From a virus (Duplodnaviria > Heunggongvirae > Uroviricota > Caudoviricetes), in IMG/VR virus record IMGVR_UViG_3300048938_000061: a stretch of 64,000 bases of DNA; one strand, written 5' to 3'. This document shows, in pieces, positions 1 through 9,686 of the stretch (position 1 is the stretch's first letter; the number at the start of each line of letters is the position of its first letter). The position numbers and the translations under genes are program-made. The notes beneath the pieces are model-generated. The model saw only the letters and a list, made by a program, of their open reading frames with translations, made no database searches and was not told where the DNA came from.

Positions 1-249
1 TCAGATTTTAAGATCTTGAATAAATCGATGCTCACAATTGAAAACGCCTGCTTCATTGAGTATGTCGTGTGTCCATCGATAACGACGGTAAACAGATTTA
101 GCCTGATCAAGTAGCTCAACTTGCCCACATAGATACTGCCGGATAACCTCTAAATCCTCTTTAGGTATCGCTACATCAACAAAATCTCTTAATTGTTGAG
201 AAGCTGGCTGCACCTGCAAAAATCCAAAGAATTCATCCCACAAATTCAT
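1..249 (-). CDS. hypothetical protein (82 aa); last gene of a 3-gene coupled operon
   Basis: Complete ORF with its stop at 1..3. Its start overlaps the upstream gene stop (246..249, ATGA-type overlap). No recognisable motif. Confidence 0.45.
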   Translation of the reverse strand: MNLWDEFFGFLQVQPASQQLRDFVDVAIPKEDLEVIRQYLCGQVELLDQAKSVYRRYRWTHDILNEAGVFNCEHRFIQDLKI

Positions 250-662
250 AGGCTTCGCTCTTCCACTGCTGTCAGAATGCGTGCGGGATCAACATTTGAT
301 GTCAGCCCATCTTTCTTCACCGAGATTTGGGGTAGCGGCCCCAAACCAGCGCGCCGACGCATTTCGTCAAGTGGCACGGTTTTATGAATTTCATCAATAA
401 TAAGCCGCCTACGATTGCTGAAATCAGGAAGCAGCGGTGGCAGGTGCTTTAACATCCGCTTGCCGAAATCAATGACATATACGAGTGGAAGAACAACCAC
501 AAAGATGACCACTAATGGGATCATCGTAATACGCTCACAAATTTTATAGAACGCCGCTTTATCAATTAGATGCCTGATCTCAGGACATGCTTTTGCAACT
601 TTAAACTCAGAATAATATCCGCGTCGTGGCGAAATATATCGCCAAGGAAAGAACGGCTTCAT
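246..662 (-). CDS. hypothetical membrane protein (138 aa)
   Basis: Hydrophobic stretch 'MIPLVVIFVVVLPLVYVI'. Its start overlaps the stop of the upstream phosphoesterase gene (659..662). Confidence 0.55.
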   Translation of the reverse strand: MKPFFPWRYISPRRGYYSEFKVAKACPEIRHLIDKAAFYKICERITMIPLVVIFVVVLPLVYVIDFGKRMLKHLPPLLPDFSNRRRLIIDEIHKTVPLDEMRRRAGLGPLPQISVKKDGLTSNVDPARILTAVEERSL

Positions 663-1495
663 AGCCGCCCTCCTTGGAATTGGTATCTCGGATCATTTAG
701 ATCAATCACAAGGTCAAACTGATAATCTCTGTTTTCATTCACATATCCGCGTGGATTTACAACCACATGGGTATCGTGAACTTGATAATCGAACGAATTG
801 TGGACATGTCCATGAAGGCACAAATGAGGTCTGTACTCATAAATCATATCATCAAGATTCGATACGAAGGACGCGTTCAACGGATCATTTGCATATCGAC
901 TATGAACAGACAATGGATGAACACCATGATGCGTAACCAGTACCGTTTTACCTGCAAAAGGTTCTGCCAAAGCTTTTTCGAGGTATGCCCGAGAAGCGAC
1001 ATGCATATCCAAAATATGCTTGGGATTAAGGCGCGTGTAAGGCTCTTTTCGGTACTTGATCTGATTGAAATCATTCATCGAACCTTTGGCATGTAACATG
1101 CCTAAAGCCTGGTCACCCATGAGCTTATAATCAGTCCAAAGGGTAGCTCCAATGAAACGGACATCACCGATAACAACTTGGTCGTTCTCAAGAAAATGAA
1201 TGTTCGGAAATCTTGTTGCGGCTTTCTTGGCTTCAGCAAGACCATCAACAAGAGAACCCTTATAATATTCATGATTACCCGCCACATAGATCGTTGGAAC
1301 ATGAACATGTTCGGCAAGCCACTCGATTCCTCCTGCTGGCGATTTGTTAACAAGGTCTCCAGTGCATACACAGACATCGATATTCTCGGGCATCTTGAAA
1401 CGATACGAGATGTCGTCGACTTCCAGATGCAAATCAGATAGTGGCCAAATTCTCATTAACGGACTCCTTCTCATTATTATATGCCCGAATTTCAC
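659..1495 (-). CDS. metallophosphoesterase, calcineurin-like (Icc/CpdA-like architecture)
   Basis: Ordered motifs 'LSDLHL' (DxH), 'CTGDLVN' (GD), 'AGNHEYY' (GNHE), 'VTHHG' and 'HGHVH' (GHxH). Paralogue of 12484..13293. Confidence 0.85.
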   Translation of the reverse strand: MKFGHIIMRRSPLMRIWPLSDLHLEVDDISYRFKMPENIDVCVCTGDLVNKSPAGGIEWLAEHVHVPTIYVAGNHEYYKGSLVDGLAEAKKAATRFPNIHFLENDQVVIGDVRFIGATLWTDYKLMGDQALGMLHAKGSMNDFNQIKYRKEPYTRLNPKHILDMHVASRAYLEKALAEPFAGKTVLVTHHGVHPLSVHSRYANDPLNASFVSNLDDMIYEYRPHLCLHGHVHNSFDYQVHDTHVVVNPRGYVNENRDYQFDLVIDLNDPRYQFQGGRL

Positions 1496-1689
1496 ATTAT
1501 ATCAATCATCAGTTTTAAAAATGAATTCGAGACTTCACTTATTAATGTTGAATATGTCGGTTTTTTGGAGAATATTAATACCGGAAATATTCCTGCGAAC
1601 GCAATTTAACGATTTATTTTTTCGACCAACCTTTCCGATCTTTATTTTTGATCAATTATTTAGGCTGAATAAGTCAAAAAGGGATAACA

Positions 1690-2577
1690 ATGACCTATCA
1701 CACCAACGGTTACGACATTCATTCCTCATCTTTCGATAAAAGCATCAATTATTCTAAATTGACCAGTGATGGCGGAATGATTGAAACACGCTTTGTGCAA
1801 AGGTTAAAAGATCGATTTATCGTTTACATATCTTCAATGTCAGGATGCGATAAAGCATGCCGTTTCTGTCATCTAACCCAGACAGGCCAAACGATGGCAA
1901 TGAATCTCACGCGCGATCAAATGCTTGAACAGGCTGAGACGGTTTTATCTTCGTCCGCATATCCCGAAGCCACGACTGTTCATTACAATTTCATGGCGCG
2001 TGGAGAGCCGATGACCAATCCGATGGTCAATAAGCATCTATTCCATGATTTGAAACTGGCGGCCGAGAAACGCGGACTGTTTCCACGCATCAAGATCTCC
2101 AGCATTCTACCAACCGATTTTCATGCTTTCGATCCAACATCTCTATGGGATGAAGAAAGTCCCGCGATTGACTTCTATTATTCACTCTATAACCCCGATC
2201 CGGCCTGGCGCAAACGCTGGATTCCGAAAGCCCTGCCCCCGGAAGAAGCTCTTGCATGGCTTGCTAAGTGGCAGCAAGTCACAGGCAACCGCGTCATTCT
2301 ACACTGGGCGCTAATTGATGGTGAAAATGACACCGAATACAATGCACGTGAGGCAACACGTCTAGCGAACGAAGCTGGCCTAAATTGGGATTTCAATCTC
2401 GTTCGATATAATCCTGCCAATGGTAAATCCAAGGAAGCATCCGAAGATCAGATCGAGCGTTTTCTATCAGTTCTACGCAACGAGGTCAGCGATGCAAACC
2501 GCGTAAAGGTCATCCCCAGGGTTGGTTTCGACGTCAAAGCGTCATGCGGGATGTTTCTAACACCTGAGGCGGCGTAA
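1690..2577 (+). CDS. radical SAM enzyme, RlmN/Cfr-like, lacking the N-terminal domain (295 aa)
   Basis: 'SGCDKACRFCHLTQTG' (Cx3Cx2C) at about residue 50. C-terminal 'KASCGMF' resembles the RlmN C-terminal 'AACGQL' Cys motif. The protein is about 80-100 aa shorter than canonical RlmN. Confidence 0.7.
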   Translation: MTYHTNGYDIHSSSFDKSINYSKLTSDGGMIETRFVQRLKDRFIVYISSMSGCDKACRFCHLTQTGQTMAMNLTRDQMLEQAETVLSSSAYPEATTVHYNFMARGEPMTNPMVNKHLFHDLKLAAEKRGLFPRIKISSILPTDFHAFDPTSLWDEESPAIDFYYSLYNPDPAWRKRWIPKALPPEEALAWLAKWQQVTGNRVILHWALIDGENDTEYNAREATRLANEAGLNWDFNLVRYNPANGKSKEASEDQIERFLSVLRNEVSDANRVKVIPRVGFDVKASCGMFLTPEAA

Positions 2578-2597
2578 TCACCTGGTGTCTTTCTTGG

Positions 2598-3431
2598 TTG
2601 TTTTCTACACTGATGGAAATGGCGTCCTTCAAGGCACACCCACGTCAGCATATAAAACGCGTTGAACAAAGCGCACAGGAAGCAGATATGGACATTAATA
2701 CCCTTAAAAATCGAGTACACGAATACGTTCAAAAGCAGATTGATGACGACATTTTTGAACGTCCACTAATGGCAAAAGCATGCATTAATAATGCTATCGA
2801 TTATGCTCTCGGCAAAGGAACAAAAAACGAGGTGTCTCTTCTCCATAAAATGACGCTTCTTCTTCAGCTGCCAGATTTTGATACATTCAAGTTAGGCTAT
2901 TCTTCGGTCGACCCTGATGACGACCTATCAAGTTTTTTTGAGGCAATCTTCAACAATGAGATTGCTTCAATGTTCAAGGAAACGCAGGCGAAAATTTCTG
3001 CAACGTCAATTGAAAGACACCTGCTCACAGACGCAGAATATGTGTTGGAGATCGCTAATTATCGAGAAGATAGCAAATTTATCGACAGAATGGCGCGCAA
3101 TCAAATCCGTGCTGCTGTCAGTCATCTAAAAGAAGGAGCCGCAGATACTGTGGACGTAGCAACAGCCATTGAATCTGGAAACATTCTGCAAACTCTACTA
3201 GCGCACCGAAATGATCACAAACTCCATGTGATACACGGCACGTCAATCGAACGTATTGATCAAATCACTGAGAAACTACGCCAACTTAGAGTGCTTGCTC
3301 GACCACATCGCCATATGGGTTGGGGCAAGGATGCCATGAATAAGAACATTCTTGAATTGGTTGCTGACCTAAATAATTCTAGAGCTGCTACAAATGAACT
3401 TGATAAAAGCGATACAGCAATGAAAATGTGA
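2598..3431 (+). CDS. hypothetical protein (277 aa)
   Basis: Long ORF four codons downstream of the radical SAM gene. No recognisable motif. Confidence 0.6.
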   Translation: MFSTLMEMASFKAHPRQHIKRVEQSAQEADMDINTLKNRVHEYVQKQIDDDIFERPLMAKACINNAIDYALGKGTKNEVSLLHKMTLLLQLPDFDTFKLGYSSVDPDDDLSSFFEAIFNNEIASMFKETQAKISATSIERHLLTDAEYVLEIANYREDSKFIDRMARNQIRAAVSHLKEGAADTVDVATAIESGNILQTLLAHRNDHKLHVIHGTSIERIDQITEKLRQLRVLARPHRHMGWGKDAMNKNILELVADLNNSRAATNELDKSDTAMKM

Positions 3432-3458
3432 TTATATCCGAACTAATTATTTGCAAAA

Positions 3459-3511
3459 CAAGAAGGCGAGACAATCATGATTGGCTTGCCTTCTTGTTAA
3501 TTTCTGTTTTT
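3459..3511 (+). terminator. rho-independent terminator (hairpin plus T-run)
   Basis: Stem 'caagaaggc' (3459..3467) pairs with 'gccttcttg' (3488..3496), followed by 'ttaatttctgttttt'. Confidence 0.55.
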
Positions 3512-3626
3512 AACGTGGCGCAATCACTATGACCACATCACTCAGTTGAGGCTTCTTTATTTTACGTGGGCCCCCTCTACCACTACATTATTTTGATAAG
3601 AAAACGTAATTTGAAATGGATCAATA

Positions 3627-3667
3627 TTAAAAAGGAGGCATCACAAAGCCGACGCCTCCTTTTTAAT
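3627..3667. terminator. bidirectional rho-independent terminator between convergent genes
   Basis: 'aaaaaGGAGGCatcacaaagccgacGCCTCCttttt': a GC stem flanked by an A-run and a T-run. Confidence 0.6.
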
Positions 3668-3713
3668 ATTTTATAGTTTAAATTATTTGCCCGCTTAAAG
3701 CTCACAAAATTGT

Positions 3714-6700
3714 TCAGAACTTAATTTTTAGGCCAACGTTAAACGAAGTCGCCGTCTTCCCGCCATCTGTTGGGATTGCGACTTCACCGCCACCGTAAAT
3801 CGACAGCTTTTCATTGAAGTTGTATTCTGTGCTTAGACCCAAAACCACATTGGTTTTCCCACGGCGAGCACCATCGGAAGTGAAATCTGTGCCGCTTAGC
3901 GAAAGATCACGTCGAGACTTCGTAATATCATGCGTCACAGCAGCCTTACCATAAATGCCAAGCGTTGCTCCATTCTTGCCAACCGTCTTTTTGCCGCCAA
4001 TCTTTACGCCAAACTCAGGGCGGAAAAGGTCCGTGCTGGACTTACCAGCTGAAACGCCACCAATACCTGCTTCAGAGAAGCCATCCGTACGCGAATAGAT
4101 GTAAGTGCCAGCAACATAAGGCGTCACAGTGAAATGGCCAATCTTTGCGACATCGTAACCGATGTCCACCTTAGCGGCGAAAATGTTGCCATGGTAATCT
4201 GTGCTGAGATGATCGCCGAGACCGAATATGGAACGGGTGGTTTCGAACTTCTGCCGACCGTAAGCCACCTGACCATTCAGTGTCCACATGTCGTGGGTGT
4301 AGCCGAGATAAGCGCCACCGAAATAGGTGTCTATATTATTATCGTCAGCCTGACCAGACACCTCGACCTTCATCGTGTTCCAGCCAGCATAGGCACCAGC
4401 AACAAGATCACTGGTGATGCGCTTGTCCATTCCAAATACGACACCGCCCAAAGAGTAATCTACGTTTGAAGCTCCTTTGCGACCATTCAGACCACCGACA
4501 CCACCGATACCGTCCATCCAGAGGCCAGTCGCCATATCGTGATCAAAACGCAACTGGTCAAGACGGTTACTCACACGTGACATAGGGGTTTCAATAGCCA
4601 CCATGCTTGCCTGAACAATCGAAGGGTGTACATCGCCGGAAATTTCCTCAAGCGCATTCTTCACAGCTCTCGCGGTATCGAGTTGCTGAATACCAGCTCC
4701 GAGCTTGATAAGATCATTTGACGCCAATACGACAGAAGTTTCCCCTGTCTTGTCAGCCTGGGTCTCGACGCTGTTTTCAATCATGGTCGCCGATTTACAA
4801 CCGTTTTCGCTTTCACAGACACTACTCTGCGTAATAGGGGTCGCGTCATAGCTGACAACGACATCATTACCAGTCAGATGATATGCCCCATTAACGAGAT
4901 AGGTCGGGCGGAAGTCAAAACTTTCAAAGTCACCTGAAATACCGCCTGCAGCTGTCATAACGCTGGTCTGACCTGTGCGGACGTAAGCATTTTCCACGCC
5001 GTCAATAGCCAATAGACCACCATTGATGGTTGCGGTGCCTGTTACATCAAGATTGGAACCTAGAACAACGGAAAGCGCGCCGCCGTCATTTACGTAGTTG
5101 CCGTTAACCCGAAGCGTGCCCGTATACGGCCAACCTGCATGCAGAATGCCTTTCGAGATCACATTACCGAGCTGTCCGTCCCCACCAACAATACCATTGA
5201 CACCGATACTGGTGTTTCCTGTTATAGAGCCGTTGACCACCAGCGCACCATCATTGACGGTAGTTCCGCCCGTGTAACTGTTATTCCCTGTCAAACGAAG
5301 AATGCCGCTGCCGTTCTTAACAAGGCCGCCTGCTCCAGAGATGTCGTTTTGCCAGACAGAGCCTCCGGAGAACGATACGTTGAAATCTCCCCAATCGAAC
5401 TTACCAGGACCGCGTATTGCCTTGGCAACGTCAACCATCCCGTAACCGAACACTGGATCAACTCCAGGCGCTCCGATGTCGCGAGCCGTACCAAGCAATA
5501 CCTGACCAATCTGGTCGCCCTTCATATATGGAAACACCTGCTTTACAAGAGCAGCTGAGGCCGTAATGACGGGGGCGGCGGCCGATGTTCCCGCAAAGAT
5601 ATGGGCATCATTTTGATCGGCATGTCCAGGCATATATAGACTAACTGGAGCGGCCAGACACCAACGAGCCACTGGACCACATTTGTTCGAATAGTATTCA
5701 AGATCACCATTATCGTTGGTCGCAACAACTGTCAGGTAACCACCTGTTTGCAATCGAGCATCCGTCAATTGCAAAGCGCCCCAATTGCCCGGATAATCCA
5801 GGGCGTCATTTGATGCGGACCAAACCATTAGCATACCATGCTGATCAATATACTTAGCAGAAATCTGACGTAATAGATCTAGTCCTGCAGAAGTCGAAAA
5901 CCCGTTGATAGGCAATTCCCAAGCTTTAACGCCAATGCTATGGTTTATAATGGTCACACCATCGACAAGCATATTTGCGTAAATCTGGTCGAATATTGAA
6001 TAAGAGATATAGCCATCAGTATCAAAAAGATGCGCTTGAGAAAGCTTTACACCCGGAGCTATACCACCAGCATAGCCAGTGTTGTTTTGCCACGTTGAAT
6101 CTGTATTACCAGTGATTATCATTGAAACGCTATCACCATGTCTTGTTTCAGTTTGTGTGCTGTTAGTGACATAGTTTCTTGTTGCGATGATTTTACCCTT
6201 CAGATGGATTCCTTCTCCACTAAAACCAGAATCCAAGGCACCAACGATAACATTTTGACCTGTAACGCCACGCGCATAGGCGTCATGAGCACCAATTGTT
6301 GTCATTGTTTTCGAAGTCTTGGTCTTATAAATGACAGGTATTTGCCATTCAGCAAGCCGAGGGACAGGAACGGTCGCAAGAAACTTGCTCGCTGACCGTT
6401 CAATACCTGTCACACTGTCAGCAATTGAACGACCAGCATCTCTCAATGCGTCAATGGCTTGCCTACCGACATTGTCGGTATATCTCAATGATGGAGCATA
6501 TTTGGCACCTTGTTCAGAGAAAGGAGGATTTTCACCAGGAAACGTTGAAGGAGGCGTCCAACCGCCAGAACCTCCGCTTCCTCCTGAGCCGCCATTCCCA
6601 AGTTCTGTATTATTATTCGAACCACCGTCATCGCCACCACCGCTACAAGCTGTCAAAAACGATGTTGCAAGAAGAGCAGAGATTAGTAGCGTTTTTCGTA

Positions 6701-6794
6701 AATTAGTGGTTTTCAAGATATGTCCCCAAATAAAATAAGCGCGAAGGCCTTCTATGAAGTGATTCATTGTCCATTCAATATTTATTGGCTGCAA
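3714..6794 (-). CDS. autotransporter (type Va) with S8 subtilisin-like serine protease passenger domain; probable lipoprotein
   Basis: Signal peptide with lipobox 'LTAC' and a Gly/Ser-rich linker. Catalytic triad contexts 'ALDSGF' (Asp), 'HGDSVS' (His) and 'GTSAAAP' (Ser). The C-terminal beta-barrel ends '...GLKIKF'. The true start is probably the internal Met 'MNHF...'. Confidence 0.85.
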   Translation of the reverse strand: MQPINIEWTMNHFIEGLRAYFIWGHILKTTNLRKTLLISALLATSFLTACSGGGDDGGSNNNTELGNGGSGGSGGSGGWTPPSTFPGENPPFSEQGAKYAPSLRYTDNVGRQAIDALRDAGRSIADSVTGIERSASKFLATVPVPRLAEWQIPVIYKTKTSKTMTTIGAHDAYARGVTGQNVIVGALDSGFSGEGIHLKGKIIATRNYVTNSTQTETRHGDSVSMIITGNTDSTWQNNTGYAGGIAPGVKLSQAHLFDTDGYISYSIFDQIYANMLVDGVTIINHSIGVKAWELPINGFSTSAGLDLLRQISAKYIDQHGMLMVWSASNDALDYPGNWGALQLTDARLQTGGYLTVVATNDNGDLEYYSNKCGPVARWCLAAPVSLYMPGHADQNDAHIFAGTSAAAPVITASAALVKQVFPYMKGDQIGQVLLGTARDIGAPGVDPVFGYGMVDVAKAIRGPGKFDWGDFNVSFSGGSVWQNDISGAGGLVKNGSGILRLTGNNSYTGGTTVNDGALVVNGSITGNTSIGVNGIVGGDGQLGNVISKGILHAGWPYTGTLRVNGNYVNDGGALSVVLGSNLDVTGTATINGGLLAIDGVENAYVRTGQTSVMTAAGGISGDFESFDFRPTYLVNGAYHLTGNDVVVSYDATPITQSSVCESENGCKSATMIENSVETQADKTGETSVVLASNDLIKLGAGIQQLDTARAVKNALEEISGDVHPSIVQASMVAIETPMSRVSNRLDQLRFDHDMATGLWMDGIGGVGGLNGRKGASNVDYSLGGVVFGMDKRITSDLVAGAYAGWNTMKVEVSGQADDNNIDTYFGGAYLGYTHDMWTLNGQVAYGRQKFETTRSIFGLGDHLSTDYHGNIFAAKVDIGYDVAKIGHFTVTPYVAGTYIYSRTDGFSEAGIGGVSAGKSSTDLFRPEFGVKIGGKKTVGKNGATLGIYGKAAVTHDITKSRRDLSLSGTDFTSDGARRGKTNVVLGLSTEYNFNEKLSIYGGGEVAIPTDGGKTATSFNVGLKIKF

Positions 6795-6924
6795 ATGATA
6801 TTTACGGCAATTTCTTGTAATAATAAAAATATTAAATAGAATGTCGTATTTTATATTGATTTAACGTTGTCGAAGTTTATTAATTGATCAGACAAATTGA
6901 AGAATCCAAAACAAGGTACCAATA

Positions 6925-7386
6925 ATGGCCGTAGAAATTGAACGAAAATTCCTAGTAAAAAACGACAGCTGGAAAGCACGCGTCGTCAGCAGCTATCACA
7001 TTATTCAGGGATATCTCGTTGGTGAGCCAAAACTTGCAGTCCGTCTTCGCATCATCGACGACAAGGAAGCCCTTCTTACGATCAAGGGCAAGGGTGAAGG
7101 CATCGCACGACCTGAATACGAGTACCCGATCCCGCTCGTAGACGCCAAAGGAATGCTCTCAATGTGCGGCACACGCATCCTTGAGAAGACACGTCATCTG
7201 ATCAATGCAAACGACGGCCTCAAGTGGGAAGTTGATGTGTTTGCTGGTCGGCACGCTGGTCTCGTACTTGCTGAGATCGAATTGCCAAGCCTCGACACCA
7301 ATGTCGAGTTGCCTGAATGGACAGGCGAAGACGTAAGCGAAGACCCCCGTTATCTCAACGCTGTGCTAGCCATCCCTGCCGAGTAG
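6925..7386 (+). CDS. CYTH-domain protein (CyaB/ThTPase-like triphosphate tunnel metalloenzyme)
   Basis: N-terminal 'EIERKFLV' (the ExExK hallmark of CYTH). 153 aa. Confidence 0.8.
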   Translation: MAVEIERKFLVKNDSWKARVVSSYHIIQGYLVGEPKLAVRLRIIDDKEALLTIKGKGEGIARPEYEYPIPLVDAKGMLSMCGTRILEKTRHLINANDGLKWEVDVFAGRHAGLVLAEIELPSLDTNVELPEWTGEDVSEDPRYLNAVLAIPAE

Positions 7387-7419
7387 CCTGCCATCTTAGG
7401 CTCTACTCGGCGAGACGCA

Positions 7420-8226
7420 CTACGACATCTGCATGGCAGGTTGGTAGTCATCCAGAAAGGTTATGCAGCTGTCGTCGAATCCAGAATTGATGAATTCGGC
7501 CAAGTCATCAAAGAGTTCAGCACTCTTACCGTGCCAATTAAGATGAAAAAAATCCTGAGCATAGCGCTTGTTATTTGACAGGAAAGTCTTGAGAGCTTCA
7601 AAATCACCATTGATATCGCGATCCTCATCGACGCCCTCTTCTACTGCTCTCCCGAGCGCGTTGAGTTTTTCTGACATCTGGCCCTCAGTAAGGCCGCCAT
7701 ACGAAAACTGATAATTCCCGGCCATCCCGACGCAAATGTCTTCAACGTAAGCGACGTCAGCCCCAACGGTTTTCAGAACAGTATGCATGTCATCCAGACA
7801 CTCGTCCGCAAATGCACCAACGAGATGGACCTTCTTGTCTTTCAGACTGTGATGCCATGGATCGATTTCAAGAATGTGCCCGTCACCTTCGTCGTAATAT
7901 GGACGGGTCGCGTCACACCACGTAATTCCACGGTTCTCTTCAGATATCTGATCGGGATCATAATCATATTGATCCTTGGTCCAGCCATATCCGTATTCGA
8001 AACGACGGAACTGAATACCTTCTTCTCTGCAAAATTCCTCAATTCGCACTTGTTGCCATTCGACCTCGTCTACGTCGTAGAAGGACATGATGACTTCGTC
8101 TAGGTTATCTTTGTTGTTGTCGAGGAAGTCCATGATTTTCGACAACTCAACTTCTATATCGGTACCGAATTTATTCAATCCGGCGTCCCACATTTCCTCG
8201 AAATGATGAATAACAAGTACAGCCAT
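7420..8226 (-). CDS. hypothetical acidic protein (268 aa)
   Basis: Long ORF, very Asp/Glu-rich. No confident family. Confidence 0.55.
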   Translation of the reverse strand: MAVLVIHHFEEMWDAGLNKFGTDIEVELSKIMDFLDNNKDNLDEVIMSFYDVDEVEWQQVRIEEFCREEGIQFRRFEYGYGWTKDQYDYDPDQISEENRGITWCDATRPYYDEGDGHILEIDPWHHSLKDKKVHLVGAFADECLDDMHTVLKTVGADVAYVEDICVGMAGNYQFSYGGLTEGQMSEKLNALGRAVEEGVDEDRDINGDFEALKTFLSNNKRYAQDFFHLNWHGKSAELFDDLAEFINSGFDDSCITFLDDYQPAMQMS

Positions 8227-8235
8227 ATTGCCTGC

Positions 8236-8850
8236 TCACATTGCCATGGCAGGCACTCTCGAAAGCTCGCGGTGAGCAACGAGGCCAGCAGTGATATCAC
8301 GGACTAGCGGGGTATCCCGAAGCCTCTCCAGGAAGAATTCCGGCTTGAGCAAATAGCTTTCCTTCGGGTCCATTCTGAAGCTTAGTGAACCGTCATCAGC
8401 CATATCGAGGATGTAGCGCATACGATTGAGCTTGTAGCCGTCATTGATCACGCCCAAAGCGCCTTCAGGATGAGCGTCGACCAGCTGGCAGATGTGTTTC
8501 TCAGCCTTGCTGCGGCTGCTACTGTCAATTATGATGTCTAGACGGATCAGAAGTTCGAGGGCGCTCTTTTCGTCAGGTGAGATGAAACGAGAATTAGCGT
8601 CGACCCAAAGATGTGGGTAGCTTCCAGTCGCTTTATGAAAATTATCGAGAGAATGTTCTGCTACGTAGATATTCCCATTGTTCCAGTCACCATTATCACG
8701 TCTATAATAACGGTACATAAAGGCTGGACCGCCCATGGTCACGCCGTACGAAGCCCCGCCCAGATCGACTTCCGAATAATTATTATCTCTTTTATGATAA
8801 AGAGTACGACCAGATAATACGTCTTCAATAAAAGCCGGAACCATTCTCAT
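8236..8850 (-). CDS. hypothetical protein (204 aa)
   Basis: Long ORF 10 nt downstream of the previous gene. No motif. Confidence 0.55.
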   Translation of the reverse strand: MRMVPAFIEDVLSGRTLYHKRDNNYSEVDLGGASYGVTMGGPAFMYRYYRRDNGDWNNGNIYVAEHSLDNFHKATGSYPHLWVDANSRFISPDEKSALELLIRLDIIIDSSSRSKAEKHICQLVDAHPEGALGVINDGYKLNRMRYILDMADDGSLSFRMDPKESYLLKPEFFLERLRDTPLVRDITAGLVAHRELSRVPAMAM

Positions 8851-9083
8851 TCTAATTTCTCACTATTCATTTTTATTTCACGAGCAACGAAGTAAATTGA
8901 TCGATCTTATCAACATGATATTTTTCGATCAGTCGTATGCATTCAACAAGTACAAAAGACCAATCTTGTAATCGTAAAATATCTTTTCAAAAATGAGCTA
9001 AGCAGATGCAAATACATAAGCAATCAGGCGGTTATTAACCGCCCGACATCAATAATCATATTCATGAATTTAAGACACAAAAA

Positions 9084-9332
9084 CTAGCTGGCGAGTGAAA
9101 GAGCAGCCAGAGTTTTATCCAATGGTTTCCAGTGAGGACAAGTCCATTTGGATTTACGCTCACGACCGCTTGGAAGAATTCCGAAATCACACGAAGATGG
9201 CTGGTCAACGTCGATCACACAGCGCCACGGCTTTTCTCCCTCTTCGTGATCAACAAAACACGAATAACGAACACCTCGTTTGTAATCAGATTTGTTATCA
9301 GCGTCTAAACTGCTCTCAAAATTATCTTCCAT
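9084..9332 (-). CDS. small Cys-containing hypothetical protein (82 aa)
   Basis: ORF with six Cys. Only intermediate confidence that it is coding. Confidence 0.35.
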   Translation of the reverse strand: MEDNFESSLDADNKSDYKRGVRYSCFVDHEEGEKPWRCVIDVDQPSSCDFGILPSGRERKSKWTCPHWKPLDKTLAALSLAS

Positions 9333-9686
9333 ATAAATAAATCCTTTTTGAACTAGTTACGAAAATTTAAGGTGGCAGTCAATATTTCGTTTTTTAATCG
9401 GAGTAGAAAATACAATTTAGACGTAGTAAATTTCGAAACAATATGATGCTTTAAAAGCTTAGTAGGGTCGGCGGGCGTATTAGCAATCTCAGATTAAAAA
9501 GCGAGGAGATTCATAAACAAAACCTTCCTTTCTTCAAAATTTTAATTTAAAAATGCGTGCGGCTTTTTATACAATCATGCCATCTACGATTTTGTATAAA
9601 TTCCATCTGCCGTCAATAATAGTTTCCAGTTTCAATTAACTTTTTGTAGTCCAAATGCTATCGCTTTCTAAATAAACATTATACGA

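Noticed and set aside
6520-6640. Short repeated GGN/AGC-rich units, which might be read as a CRISPR-like or tandem repeat
   Set aside because: They lie inside the autotransporter ORF and encode the Gly/Ser-rich linker ('GGSGGSGGSGG'). There is no repeat-spacer periodicity anywhere in the window.
4134-6738. Multiple 60-140-aa ORFs inside and antisense to the autotransporter gene (for example 4134..4469, 5139..5558, 6331..6738)
   Set aside because: They are embedded in a 1026-aa ORF with clear domain structure. They are typical spurious frames in a long Gly/Thr/Ser-rich gene.
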